From Candidatus Blautia stercoravium (GTDB lineage: Bacteria; Bacillota; Clostridia; Lachnospirales; Lachnospiraceae), in contig DXFK01000038.1 of NCBI GenBank assembly GCA_019114495.1, positions 367-64,366 on the forward strand: a stretch of DNA of 64,000 nt, given 5' to 3'. The notes under the pieces are model-generated. The model saw nothing but the letters and a program-made list of their open reading frames with translations, did no database searches and was not told the DNA's origin. This document shows, piece by piece, positions 19,652 through 29,226 of the stretch; positions within the stretch are counted from its first letter, which is position 1; each line of letters opens with the position of its first letter. The position numbers and the translations under genes are program-made.

Positions 19652-20473
19652 TTATGCAGGCTGACAGTTCATGGCAATCCCGGCCGGAGTCACCAGGAAT
19701 GGATTTTCCGGCTTGACTGTTCTGATTCCTGTCTCTTTTTCAATGATTTTTTCAATACCCGTCAGACAGCAGGTGCCGCCGCACAGGTAAATGGTATCAA
19801 TGTCTTTCCCTTTTACATAGCGGTTGATGATGGTGGCAATTTTCTCTACCACGGCTTTCAGCACGGGAAGAATTTCCTTGTGTCTGCTGTAATCCTGTTT
19901 GATTTCCTCTGCCTCGGCAAAGGTAACGTGATAATTACCCGCAAGCACCAGAGAAAGGTGGGTGCCGCCTGTAGGCTCATCTTCTACCTGTACCACTTCT
20001 CCGCCTTTTAAAATGGCAAGTCCGGTGGTTCCGCCGCCGATATCCACAATGACGCCGTCCTGAATTTCATACACGGCGTTGGCTGAACTAGGTTCGTCCA
20101 ACACGGCTGAGACCTCAAAGCCTGCCCCCTCTGCCACATAGCAGTGAGTTTTTGCGCTGCTCTCCGTACCTGCCGGCATGGCAATGGCACAGTTTATCAG
20201 TTCTCTTCCCAGTCTTTCTTCCAGCTTTGCCTTTAAGCGGCGGACAATGTCCAGGGCACCGGAATAATCCACAACCACTCCGTCCCGCAGCACGCTGGCT
20301 GCCTGCTTCTCACATGCCACGGGATTATTTTCTTCATCTAATACCACAAGAACAATGTATGCAGTCCCCAGGTCTAATCCCACCTTCAGTTTTCCTTTGA
20401 CAGGAAAGGTTTTTGTCTCTGATTCTGCCACACGTCTCATAAAATCTTCCACATGCCTGATGTCCATCTGCAA
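19652..20473 (-). CDS. eutJ: Ethanolamine utilisation chaperone EutJ (actin/Hsp70 fold)
   Basis: GLDLGTA, RDGVVVDY, DEPSSAN, VDIGGGTTG, EPTGGTH, LCGGT. Confidence 0.93.
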   Translation of the reverse strand: MQMDIRHVEDFMRRVAESETKTFPVKGKLKVGLDLGTAYIVLVVLDEENNPVACEKQAASVLRDGVVVDYSGALDIVRRLKAKLEERLGRELINCAIAMPAGTESSAKTHCYVAEGAGFEVSAVLDEPSSANAVYEIQDGVIVDIGGGTTGLAILKGGEVVQVEDEPTGGTHLSLVLAGNYHVTFAEAEEIKQDYSRHKEILPVLKAVVEKIATIINRYVKGKDIDTIYLCGGTCCLTGIEKIIEKETGIRTVKPENPFLVTPAGIAMNCQPA

Positions 20474-20482
20474 CTGTTCTCC

Positions 20483-21100
20483 TTACTGTTTCCGTATAAT
20501 CTTACCCAGGGTAAATCCCCGGACTGACGCTGCATTTGCTTCGTCAAAATCAATGTGCATTCTGAAATTAAATGCATCGCTGACGCGGACAATGACATCA
20601 TCAAAGGTCACCGGACGCTCGCTTAATATTTTTACGCTGACATGCTCCTTATCGGAAATCTGCAGCAGTCTGGCCACCTCTGTAGGGACATGAATGTGGT
20701 TGTGCGCCACAATGGTTCCCTCGGAAATAGCGATACTGCCGGCCGGCCCCTCGATAATCATAGGGGCTGAGCCCTTCACATCTCCGGATTCCCGAAGCGG
20801 CGCCTGTACCCCAAGTGCTACGCAGTCGCTGACGGAAAGTTCCACCTGAGTGGCTTTCCGCACAGGGCCAAGCACTGCCACGCGTTCCTTTTTCCCTTTC
20901 GGACCTATCAGTGTGACCCGCTCTTCGCTTAAAAACTGTCCCTTTTGGGAAAGGGGGCGCTTTTCATGCAGCACCTGCCCTTTTCCAAAAAGTTTTTCCA
21001 CATCTTCTTCTGTGAGATGTACATGGCGGGCGGAAACCTCTACCTCTACCAGTCCGGCCTTTGTAATAGTGTCCAGCACTTTGTTTATCAACTGTTCCAT
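20483..21100 (-). CDS. pduL: Phosphate acyltransferase PduL
   Basis: VEVSARHVHLT, LSQKGQF, LRESGD, AHNHIH, MHIDFDEANA. Confidence 0.95.
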   Translation of the reverse strand: MEQLINKVLDTITKAGLVEVEVSARHVHLTEEDVEKLFGKGQVLHEKRPLSQKGQFLSEERVTLIGPKGKKERVAVLGPVRKATQVELSVSDCVALGVQAPLRESGDVKGSAPMIIEGPAGSIAISEGTIVAHNHIHVPTEVARLLQISDKEHVSVKILSERPVTFDDVIVRVSDAFNFRMHIDFDEANAASVRGFTLGKIIRKQ

Positions 21101-21102
21101 GC

Positions 21103-21921
21103 TTACTCCTTATAGGATTCTGCCAGATACTTGCACATGATGATGTGCATAGCACTGGACATTCGGTTCAACTCTTCAATAATATCTTCTCTTTTGTAGG
21201 TTCTTCCCTCATGAAAAGCGGTTGCTGCTGCCACCTCTGCTTCACGGACGGCTGCCCTTAACTGATTCAGAAGTGCATAAGCCTTGCCCAGTGTATAATC
21301 CGGAAGCACCATCTGCTTCACATTGTAAAACTTCATAGGGTTATGAGAATGTTCCCTCAGCTCTGCATGGCTCAGTCCGATAATACATTCCCTGCGAAAA
21401 GGTTCGTCCATGACGTCACACCGCATCATTTCCCGCAGGCTTACCAGAATGTCCTGCAAATCATCAAGCAGCTTCTGGGATTCTCCCATTTCCTGAAGAA
21501 TGGTCTGATTCAGGACAAAAAGTGTTTCCAGACTGTCCAGTTTGCCGCGGAAGAAAATCCGTTTATGGTCTTTTGACACCAGTGTGTTGCCGTACAAATG
21601 AGTCATATGCTCGGGTTTCTCATAATAATAAGCGCCGGTTTCATAATCCACAAATTTCGGCTTTGCCTCTTTTTCCACCTGTACCTCTGGCATAGGCAGA
21701 ACTTTTGTGGCCTGAATCTCCGGTTTTTCTTCCCGCTCTTCTTCTGTCTGCTGACTTTTCTTTGCCATTTTGGTCCCTTTCCCGTTCTCAATGCGGATTT
21801 TACACTGCTGTAAGTATTCCCTTGCAGCCGGAGAGAGGATTTTTCCCTCCGGCACAGTATAAGTTTCCGGGGTAGATGCCCGAAGTTCACTGCGTAATAT
21901 AGCTTCTGTTATCACTTTCAT
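21103..21921 (-). CDS. eutT: Cobalamin adenosyltransferase EutT with N-terminal extension
   Basis: KPEHMTHL, RIFFRGKLDSLE, LNQLRAAVREAE, LNRMSSA. Confidence 0.9.
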   Translation of the reverse strand: MKVITEAILRSELRASTPETYTVPEGKILSPAAREYLQQCKIRIENGKGTKMAKKSQQTEEEREEKPEIQATKVLPMPEVQVEKEAKPKFVDYETGAYYYEKPEHMTHLYGNTLVSKDHKRIFFRGKLDSLETLFVLNQTILQEMGESQKLLDDLQDILVSLREMMRCDVMDEPFRRECIIGLSHAELREHSHNPMKFYNVKQMVLPDYTLGKAYALLNQLRAAVREAEVAAATAFHEGRTYKREDIIEELNRMSSAMHIIMCKYLAESYKE

Positions 21922-21955
21922 ATCAGGTAATCCACCTCCTCTCACTGCTGTTTAC

Positions 21956-21977
21956 AAAGCCAGCAGTCTGTGCTGGC
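21956..21977 (-). terminator. Internal hairpin after the eutM pair (weak terminator or mRNA stabiliser)
   Basis: GCCAGCA-cagac-TGCTGGC then TTTGT. Confidence 0.4.
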
Positions 21978-21982
21978 CGCTT

Positions 21983-22267
21983 TTATTTGTCAAGAGAAGG
22001 CAGAATGGATTCCACTTCTTCATGTGGTCTTGGGATTACATGAATGGAAATCAATTCGCCTACGCGTTCTGCTGCGGCTGCTCCTGCGTCTGTCGCTGCC
22101 TTTACCGCGCCTACGTCGCCTCTTACCATAACGGTTACAAGGCCTCCGCCTACGTGTTCTTTTCCAATCAGAGTCACATTTGCTGCCTTTACCATGGCAT
22201 CCGCTGCTTCTATGGACGCTACCAATCCCTTTGTTTCAATCATTCCAAGTGCCTGTTGTGCTGCCAT
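21983..22267 (-). CDS. eutM: BMC hexamer shell protein (EutM-like), copy 2
   Basis: ALGMIETKG...[10 protein letters not shown]...[10 protein letters not shown]...HVIPRPH. Confidence 0.95.
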   Translation of the reverse strand: MAAQQALGMIETKGLVASIEAADAMVKAANVTLIGKEHVGGGLVTVMVRGDVGAVKAATDAGAAAAERVGELISIHVIPRPHEEVESILPSLDK

Positions 22268-22597
22268 ATTCGTATCCTCCTTTTGCTCTGTTCCTGACTA
22301 TCTGTTTACAGATGGCAGAATTGCCTCTACTTCTTCGTGTGGTCTTGGGATTACATGGATAGAAACCAGTTCACCTACACGTTCTGCTGCGGCTGCTCCT
22401 GCGTCTGTAGCTGCTTTTACCGCACCTACGTCACCTCTTACCATAACGGTTACAAGACCTCCGCCCACATGTTCTTTTCCAATCAGAGTCACATTTGCTG
22501 CCTTTACCATGGCATCCGCTGCTTCTATGGACGCTACCAATCCCTTTGTTTCAATCATTCCAAGTGCCTGTTGTGCTGCCATATTCGTATCCTCCTT
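22155..22597. repeat. Tandem eutM duplication with a 128-bp perfectly identical tract
   Basis: 22155-22282 equals 22470-22597; 315-bp period. Confidence 0.9.
22298..22582 (-). CDS. eutM: BMC hexamer shell protein (EutM-like), copy 1
   Basis: Nearly identical to copy 2. Confidence 0.95.
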   Translation of the reverse strand: MAAQQALGMIETKGLVASIEAADAMVKAANVTLIGKEHVGGGLVTVMVRGDVGAVKAATDAGAAAAERVGELVSIHVIPRPHEEVEAILPSVNR

Positions 22598-22612
22598 ATT
22601 CTTTTCTCATTT

Positions 22613-24088
22613 TTAAGAATTCTGAAGACGCTTGATAATCTCGCTTACCACTGCGTCAATGTCAATATCGTCATATTTCTGCGGTTTGCAGATGCCTTCG
22701 GAACAGTCCGGAAGGTTGTTTCGGATGTCTTCCAGTTCGGAAAGTCCCTCTGCCACATAGCGCAGGTTCATCAAATGCTTCGGTCCCACATTTTCAGAAG
22801 TTGCGCTTCCTCCTACCGCGCCGCAGCCAAGTGTCAGAGACGGCTGCAGTCCCGTGGTTCCTCCAATACCGCCAAGTGCGCTTGGGGTATTTACAATAAT
22901 TCTGGAAGCCGGAATTCTCTGTGCGAAATAAGTAACCATGCTCTCATCTTTTGTGTGTATGGAGAAAGTGTGTCCTGCGCCTTCGTAACGAAGGATTTCG
23001 GTACATAGTTCACAGATTTCCACATAGGATGGCGCTGTATAAAAAGCCAGAATCGGCGCCAGTTTTTCATTGGAATACGGGTGTCCCCTTCCGATACCAG
23101 TCTCCTCTGCCACCAGCACTCTGGTGCCTTTCGGTATATCGATTCCTGCCAAATCTGCAATGACCTGTGCAGATTTTCCCACTATCATGGGATTCATGGT
23201 TCCGTTGGCTCTTAAGATAAAGCTTCCCAACTTTTGACTCTGAGCAGGTGTCAGGAAATAAGCGCCCTGCCGTTCCATCTCAGCCTGTACCTCACCGCGC
23301 ATGTCTTCATTGCATACCACCGACTGCTCGGAGGCACAGATAGTTCCGTTATCAAAGGTTTTGGAATCCAGAATCCGTTTAACAGCCAGTTTTACATCTG
23401 CCGTCTTCTCAATATAGGCCGGACCGTTTCCCGGTCCCACGCCGATAGCCGGGGTTCCGGAAGAATATGCGGCTCTTACCATAGCCGATCCGCCCGTAGC
23501 CAATATCATGGATACGTCCGGGTGGCGCATAAGATTGTCTGTCGCCTGTATAGTCGGAATGGTAATACAGGATACCAGGTTTTCATTTCCACCTGCCTCT
23601 GCAATAGCCTGCCGGATAACCTTTACGGTTTCCAGAATACAGTTTCTTGCATTAGGGTGGGGAGAAAATACAATGGCATTTCCCGCCTTAATGGCAATCT
23701 CTGATTTGTACAATGCGGTTGATGTAGGGTTTGTAGAAGGAATCAATCCTGCAATCACCCCAACCGGAACTGCGATGGTACGAATTTTATGTTCTTCATC
23801 CCGGCTCAGTTCCCCGATGGTTTTCATATCTTTTATGTGCTGGTATACGCCGTCGCTGGCGAATACATTTTTAATTACTTTGTCAGCCTCTACGCCGAAT
23901 CCGGTTTCTTCATGTGCCAGTTTTGCAAGACGCTGTGCATTTCTTACGCCTGCCTGTGCCACAGATTTCACGATTCTGTCCACCTCTGCCTGGCTCTTTG
24001 CTGCCAACTCCTGCTGTGCAGCCTTGGCTTTTTCTACCAGTTCGCGCACTTCCTGTACTGACAAAAGGTCTTTGTCATATAACTGCAT
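22613..24088 (-). CDS. eutE: Acetaldehyde dehydrogenase (acylating), EutE
   Basis: PSTNPTST, ATGGSAMV, GVGPGN, FDNGTICASEQ (catalytic Cys), EKLAP; C-terminal encapsulation-type helix. Confidence 0.93.
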   Translation of the reverse strand: MQLYDKDLLSVQEVRELVEKAKAAQQELAAKSQAEVDRIVKSVAQAGVRNAQRLAKLAHEETGFGVEADKVIKNVFASDGVYQHIKDMKTIGELSRDEEHKIRTIAVPVGVIAGLIPSTNPTSTALYKSEIAIKAGNAIVFSPHPNARNCILETVKVIRQAIAEAGGNENLVSCITIPTIQATDNLMRHPDVSMILATGGSAMVRAAYSSGTPAIGVGPGNGPAYIEKTADVKLAVKRILDSKTFDNGTICASEQSVVCNEDMRGEVQAEMERQGAYFLTPAQSQKLGSFILRANGTMNPMIVGKSAQVIADLAGIDIPKGTRVLVAEETGIGRGHPYSNEKLAPILAFYTAPSYVEICELCTEILRYEGAGHTFSIHTKDESMVTYFAQRIPASRIIVNTPSALGGIGGTTGLQPSLTLGCGAVGGSATSENVGPKHLMNLRYVAEGLSELEDIRNNLPDCSEGICKPQKYDDIDIDAVVSEIIKRLQNS

Positions 24089-24091
24089 AAT

Positions 24092-24679
24092 CTACCTCTT
24101 TTCTCCGGTAAATTTCAGGATAGCCTCAATCAGTTCCTGCTTCTTCGCAAAGCGGATTTCCTGGGGAGTCAGACTGGGGAGTTTCAGCTTCCGTGCCAGG
24201 GTTCTCAATTTGGCCACGGTCATCTTCTCCATTTCCTCCCTGGTATAAACCAGCTCTGTCAAAGTCTCTTCTGACTGTTCTTCCGGTTCTTCCTCTTCCA
24301 CTTCAACCGGATTTTCTGTCCTGCTTTCTTCGGACTTCTGTACGGACTGCTCTTTCTGTTCTTCGACAGGTGTTTCCTCCGGTACGATATCGGCTTTTCT
24401 CCCGTGCTCAGAGTGTGCAGTGAGCATGCTCTTCACATCCTTGTCAGGCCGCGGAATCACATGTACGCTTACCACTTCTCCCACTCTTTCGGCTGCAGCC
24501 GCTGCAGCATCTGCTGCAGCTTTCACTGCACCTACGTCTCCTTCGATGAGCACGGTCACCAGACCGCCTCTTACCCGGACCACATCTACCAAAAATACAT
24601 TGGCAGCCTTTAATGCACTGTCCAAAGCCTCTACTGCCGCAAGGTAGCCGTATGTCTCAATCATTCCCAGTGCATTCAT
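24092..24679 (-). CDS. BMC hexamer with acidic linker and C-terminal Rho-N-like helical domain (EutK-like)
   Basis: BMC domain at residues 1-~88; C-terminus EKMTVAKLRTLARKL...KKQELIEAIL. Confidence 0.85.
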   Translation of the reverse strand: MNALGMIETYGYLAAVEALDSALKAANVFLVDVVRVRGGLVTVLIEGDVGAVKAAADAAAAAAERVGEVVSVHVIPRPDKDVKSMLTAHSEHGRKADIVPEETPVEEQKEQSVQKSEESRTENPVEVEEEEPEEQSEETLTELVYTREEMEKMTVAKLRTLARKLKLPSLTPQEIRFAKKQELIEAILKFTGEKR

Positions 24680-24733
24680 TTTTTACCTCCGCCAGGGGAC
24701 GCCGCCTGTTATTTTCTGCGGCCCTCTCCCTGT

Positions 24734-25384
24734 TTATTCTTTTGGATTTTCAGCCACAAATTCTACTGCTGCTGCGAAAGCGTCGCAGGCAGCTTTGCAT
24801 GCAGACTGGCTTCCTGTAAGCAATGCGCCGCCGAAGTTGGTCTCTGAAGGCGGTGCATACAGTACGCACATTTTTACATCTGCTGCTTTTAAAGCGGCAT
24901 CTACGCCATACATAGCTTCCAGAGGCGGTGCGATAAGATAAGCCAGGGCTTCTCCTTCCTGAATGCCTGCGCCTTCGGAAAGATAAGAACCCGTTCTGGA
25001 AATACACTGTGCATAGTAAATAATCGAATCATCCTCATTTGCGGAAATGAAATATACCTGATTTTCAATCATGTCCACGCAGGCTTCCAGTCCGCTTCTG
25101 ACTTCTGCAGGGTTTGGGCCTGCCAGAATCCCGATGATTTCTCCTGCCAGCTTGGTGTTGGCGTTGGCAGCGCCTGCGTAGAAGCTCTTTGCATAAACGA
25201 CTTTTACGTCTGCTTTTTTCGTTGCTTCATCAAGAGCTGTATAGGTAACATCATCGCTGTCTGCCGTAATCAGGGCCAGAGATTTCATTCCCGGCTCCAG
25301 ATTCAGTTCTTTCGCCATATCCGGGCTCACATTGGGAATAATTTTCGATGCAAGGACTGTAGCTCTTACTGGGTCTCGTTTCAT
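24734..25384 (-). CDS. eutL: BMC trimer shell protein EutL
   Basis: DDVTYTALDEATK, KSFYAGA, CISRTGSYL, PPSETNFGG, QSACKAAC. Confidence 0.95.
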   Translation of the reverse strand: MKRDPVRATVLASKIIPNVSPDMAKELNLEPGMKSLALITADSDDVTYTALDEATKKADVKVVYAKSFYAGAANANTKLAGEIIGILAGPNPAEVRSGLEACVDMIENQVYFISANEDDSIIYYAQCISRTGSYLSEGAGIQEGEALAYLIAPPLEAMYGVDAALKAADVKMCVLYAPPSETNFGGALLTGSQSACKAACDAFAAAVEFVAENPKE

Positions 25385-25434
25385 GGATTTTCCTCCTCTT
25401 ACTCTCTGAATTTATTTTCGCTCACCATAAAGTC

Positions 25435-26331
25435 TTACAGCTTCAAATCCGTTCCGCTGGCTTTGTTATCCAGAATCTTTTTAATAATATCTGCAATATG
25501 AGCGCCAGCTTCAGCCGGTATAGTACCTGCTTTGTGAATGTTAGAAACAACGGTTCTTCTGGCTTCCGGCATTCCTACGGTAGCTTTGTATGCAATGTAT
25601 GCAGACATGGATTCTGCGGTAATCAGACCGGGACGTTCTCCGATTAATACACAGGTTACGTCAGCACCTGTAATTTCGGAAACCTGATCCATAGCGCCTA
25701 CACGACCGTATTTTACAAAGAAAGGAACTCCTGTATCGATACCGTAACTCTTCAAGCCCTGTTCAATGGCAGGAAGCACATCGCCTACATTGGCGGCAAC
25801 GGCTGCGGAACTCAATCCGTCAGATACGAAAACCTGTACCGTTGGGTGCATTCTGCATTTTTCTTTGATGGTTTTTACTGCTTCGTCGTCCAGCTTTCTT
25901 CCCAAATCCGGACGGGTCAGATATACATCTTTGTTTTCACACTGTGTCTTTACGGAAAACAGTCCCATGCTGTCGATAAAGCCCTGATCTACGTCAGAGA
26001 ATACTGCATCCTGTGCAGCGGAGTGTGCAGCTCGAAACTGCAGTACCGGGTCTGTTTTATATCTTGCCCCCGCTTTGCCGATTCCCAGACGGCAAGGTGC
26101 ATACTGTTTCAAATCGTAATACGCTTCTTTATTTACCGGGTTCTCTACCAGATACTGTTTGCGGATATCCACTTCTGTCACGTCAGGAATACAGCCTTCT
26201 TCGATTTCTGGCTCTTTATGGCAGGCTGCACAGCCTGTAACCGTGGTTTCTTTTTCTTCTTTTTCAGAATCCAGGTTCATTTCCTGCAGAACCTGTGCAA
26301 TAATTGTTCTTAAATCGTTTTCGTTTACCAA
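25435..26331 (-). CDS. eutC: Ethanolamine ammonia-lyase small subunit
   Basis: YLTRPDLGR, SDGLSS, LIGERPGL, ESMSAY, RTVVSNIH. Confidence 0.96.
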   Translation of the reverse strand: MVNENDLRTIIAQVLQEMNLDSEKEEKETTVTGCAACHKEPEIEEGCIPDVTEVDIRKQYLVENPVNKEAYYDLKQYAPCRLGIGKAGARYKTDPVLQFRAAHSAAQDAVFSDVDQGFIDSMGLFSVKTQCENKDVYLTRPDLGRKLDDEAVKTIKEKCRMHPTVQVFVSDGLSSAAVAANVGDVLPAIEQGLKSYGIDTGVPFFVKYGRVGAMDQVSEITGADVTCVLIGERPGLITAESMSAYIAYKATVGMPEARRTVVSNIHKAGTIPAEAGAHIADIIKKILDNKASGTDLKL

Positions 26332-26344
26332 GATATGCTACCTC

Positions 26345-27712
26345 CTATTTCAAAAATACTGACGCGTCTCCTGCCAGCGGTGTCAGTTTGCCGTCTTTGG
26401 AGAATCCCATCTTTTCCAGCCACATATCAAATTCACGGATAGGACGAAGACCGAATACTTCTCTTAAGCTGGCCGCTTCGTGATATCCGGTACACTGATA
26501 CATCAGCATACAGTCATCGCCTTCCGGAACGCCCATAATATAGTTGCAGCCTGCTGCCACCAGAAGAGTTGCCAGGTTTTCGATATCATTCTGGTCTGTC
26601 TTCATATGGTTGGTATAGCATGCGTCGCAGCCCATAGGAATACCGGTCAGTTTTCCCATAAAGTGGTCTTCCAGACCTGCACGGGTAACCTGTTTGGAAT
26701 CATAGAGATATTCCGGTCCGATAAAGCCAACGACCGTATTCACCAGGAACGGATTGTATTTCTTTGCAAATCCATAGCATCTTGCTTCCATGGTTACCTG
26801 GTCCCAGCCATTGTGTGCTTCGGAAGAAAGCTCAGAACCCTGTCCTGTCTCGAAATACATGACGTTGGGGCCTGTGCTGGTGGCTTCTCTCATCATCAGG
26901 TCATGAGCCTCATCCAGCATAGCTGCGGTCAGACCAAAAGCTTCATTTCCCTTCTGAGAACCTGCAATAGACTGGAACATCAAATCAATGGGCGCATGCA
27001 TTTTGCGAATAGCTTCCATCTGTGTGGTCACATGAGCCAGCACACAAATCTGTGTGGGAACCTCCCATTTATTCTTAAATTCATCAAAACTCTTTAAAAT
27101 TCTCGCTACACTTTCCACAGAATCGTCTACCGGATTCAGACCGATAACCGCATCCCCGCAGCCAAGACTTAAACCTTCCATCACAGAAGCCATAATTCCT
27201 TTGGGGTCATCTGTGGTATGGTTTGGCTGCAGACGGGAAGAAAAGGTTCCCGGAAGTCCGATGGTGGTGTTGCAGTGTGCGGAAATCCGGATTTTCTTTG
27301 CCGCATAAATCAAATCCAGATTGCTCATCAATTTGCAGACAGCTGCTACCATTTCACTGGTAAGACCTCTGGAAGCACGTTTAATCATATCGCCTGTGGT
27401 TTCTGTATCCAGCAGCCATTCTCTGAATTCTGCCACGGTTTTATTTTTGTGTTCTCTGTAAATAGCCTCGTTTACACCGTCCTGAATGATTCTGGTTACT
27501 TCATCCTCTTCATAAGGCACTGCAGGATTGTTCCGCAAATCCTCCAGGGTAATGTGAGAAAGCACAACCTTTGCCGCTACACGCTCTTCTGCTGATTCTG
27601 CTGCAATACCCGCCAGCTTGTCACCGGATTTCTCTTCATTGGCTTTTGCCATAACTTCCCGAAGAGACTTAAATTCATATACTTTTCCAAATAATTTCGT
27701 TTTAAGAATCAA
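26345..27712 (-). CDS. eutB: Ethanolamine ammonia-lyase large subunit
   Basis: KANEEKSGD, RLQPNHTTDD, YFETGQGSELS, GFIGPEYLY, RAGLEDHF. Confidence 0.98.
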   Translation of the reverse strand: MILKTKLFGKVYEFKSLREVMAKANEEKSGDKLAGIAAESAEERVAAKVVLSHITLEDLRNNPAVPYEEDEVTRIIQDGVNEAIYREHKNKTVAEFREWLLDTETTGDMIKRASRGLTSEMVAAVCKLMSNLDLIYAAKKIRISAHCNTTIGLPGTFSSRLQPNHTTDDPKGIMASVMEGLSLGCGDAVIGLNPVDDSVESVARILKSFDEFKNKWEVPTQICVLAHVTTQMEAIRKMHAPIDLMFQSIAGSQKGNEAFGLTAAMLDEAHDLMMREATSTGPNVMYFETGQGSELSSEAHNGWDQVTMEARCYGFAKKYNPFLVNTVVGFIGPEYLYDSKQVTRAGLEDHFMGKLTGIPMGCDACYTNHMKTDQNDIENLATLLVAAGCNYIMGVPEGDDCMLMYQCTGYHEAASLREVFGLRPIREFDMWLEKMGFSKDGKLTPLAGDASVFLK

Positions 27713-27776
27713 CTCATTTCACCTCTACTTTTCTATACTTCCTTTGCTGCCTGCATTTTTCCTGCCTTTTGCAGCT

Positions 27777-29204
27777 TCAGGAATTAAAAATCAGTGTTTT
27801 TGTTACCACCGGCACTACATGCCCGTCCGCAACAGGCTCGCCGATATCAATATAGTCACCGCTTTGTGCATGGATTCCATCAATACAAATCACATCTTTT
27901 TTTCTCTCCATCAGGACGTTGAGTGCGTTTCCCAGAACCTTTGCAATGTCATTTTCGATAATCAGAATCAGAGGATACGGCCCTTTTATCACCTGCTCTG
28001 CGCCCTCCATCAAGAGCTCTGCCAGTTCCTGAATCTGCCCGAAACTGGTATGGTATTTTCCGGAAAATGCAATGGCAAGCTGTTCCAGTTCTCCTTCTGC
28101 TTCGTAAAGGGACAACCCCTTTTTCACTGCTTCTTTAAACAGAGACGGCGTCTGCTCGTCCTCCTGGGAAATTTTCAGTACCGGAATATTTTTAATAGGC
28201 AGTTTTTCTCTGGCATAGCTGATAGTGCTGCCGCTGACATCAGTAGTATGGGTTCCTGCCCCCACTACAGTAGCACGTATGGTTTCCGCTGCAGGATATA
28301 TTTTGATTTTCTCAAAGGCACTGCAGTTTTTCACTGCCCTTGCCAGGAGAATTCCCACGTCCCCATAGCGGAACACCTCCTCTTCTTCATGAAGCATACA
28401 ATCTGCCACACCTCCGGAAAAGGTTACGGCCTGAATCACCGGCTGGCGAGCCAGCGGCTTTCCGTCATTGGTGTAAAGGCCTGCATGAAATCCGTCGGGT
28501 TCTTCTATGTACAGAGCCATGGCAAGCTGCTGGGCCATGTATTCGCAAACCCGATACAGTGTTTTTTCGCAAGCATTGTCGCCTACTTGAATCTGAATTC
28601 CATGGATTTCTGCCAGCTTCTGGATACTGGGGAAAATATAGGAAATCTTTCCGTTTTCCACCTTGATAAGCCGTCCGCCAATGTCCAGACAACAGGTTCC
28701 CTTCAGTATGCCTTTATGGAAAAACGCAATGTTGCTGGTGCCGCCTCCAATGTCAATATTGGCTACAACCTCCCGCTTCTCTTCAGAAATCCGGTCGCTT
28801 CCTGCGCCTTTCGCTGAAAGTACGGATTCCAAATCCGGGCCTGCCGTTGCCACTACAAAATCCCCCGCCATATCGCTGAGGGTTTCCAGTACACGGTTGG
28901 CATTCTGCTTTCTGGCCGTTTCTCCTGTGATAATCACAGCTCCTGTCTGTAAATTCTCCGGCTTCATACCTGCTTTTTCATACTCTTTCCGGATAATCTC
29001 CTTTACCTTTGCCGTATCAATCTCCGTCTGGGATTTCAGAGGAGTAAAGGAAATGCCGCTTCGGTAAAAGACTTCCTTGTTTACAATGCTGATTCTGGGT
29101 ACTGTATAATTGCTTGCCAGGTTTTCTATGGTCAGCCTGCTGAATATCAACTGGGTAGTAGATGTCCCAATGTCAATTCCCACGCTTAGTATTGTTTCCT
29201 GCAA
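27777..29204 (-). CDS. eutA: Ethanolamine ammonia-lyase reactivase EutA
   Basis: SVGIDIGTSTTQ, GAVIITGETARK, ATAGPDLES, DIGGGTSN, IRATVVGAG, VVTKTL. Confidence 0.96.
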   Translation of the reverse strand: MQETILSVGIDIGTSTTQLIFSRLTIENLASNYTVPRISIVNKEVFYRSGISFTPLKSQTEIDTAKVKEIIRKEYEKAGMKPENLQTGAVIITGETARKQNANRVLETLSDMAGDFVVATAGPDLESVLSAKGAGSDRISEEKREVVANIDIGGGTSNIAFFHKGILKGTCCLDIGGRLIKVENGKISYIFPSIQKLAEIHGIQIQVGDNACEKTLYRVCEYMAQQLAMALYIEEPDGFHAGLYTNDGKPLARQPVIQAVTFSGGVADCMLHEEEEVFRYGDVGILLARAVKNCSAFEKIKIYPAAETIRATVVGAGTHTTDVSGSTISYAREKLPIKNIPVLKISQEDEQTPSLFKEAVKKGLSLYEAEGELEQLAIAFSGKYHTSFGQIQELAELLMEGAEQVIKGPYPLILIIENDIAKVLGNALNVLMERKKDVICIDGIHAQSGDYIDIGEPVADGHVVPVVTKTLIFNS

Positions 29205-29226
29205 AGACTATCCCTCCCTTTTGGAC

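Noticed and set aside
27713-27776. CTGC-AAAAG-GCAG and AGC-AAAGGA before eutB as an ANTAR site
   Set aside because: One loop is 5 nt, the other has no closing stem, and no terminator follows
14439-28817. Long plus-strand ORFs (14439-15407, 18011-19183, 27618-28817 and others)
   Set aside because: All lie antisense to well-supported eut genes and resemble no known protein
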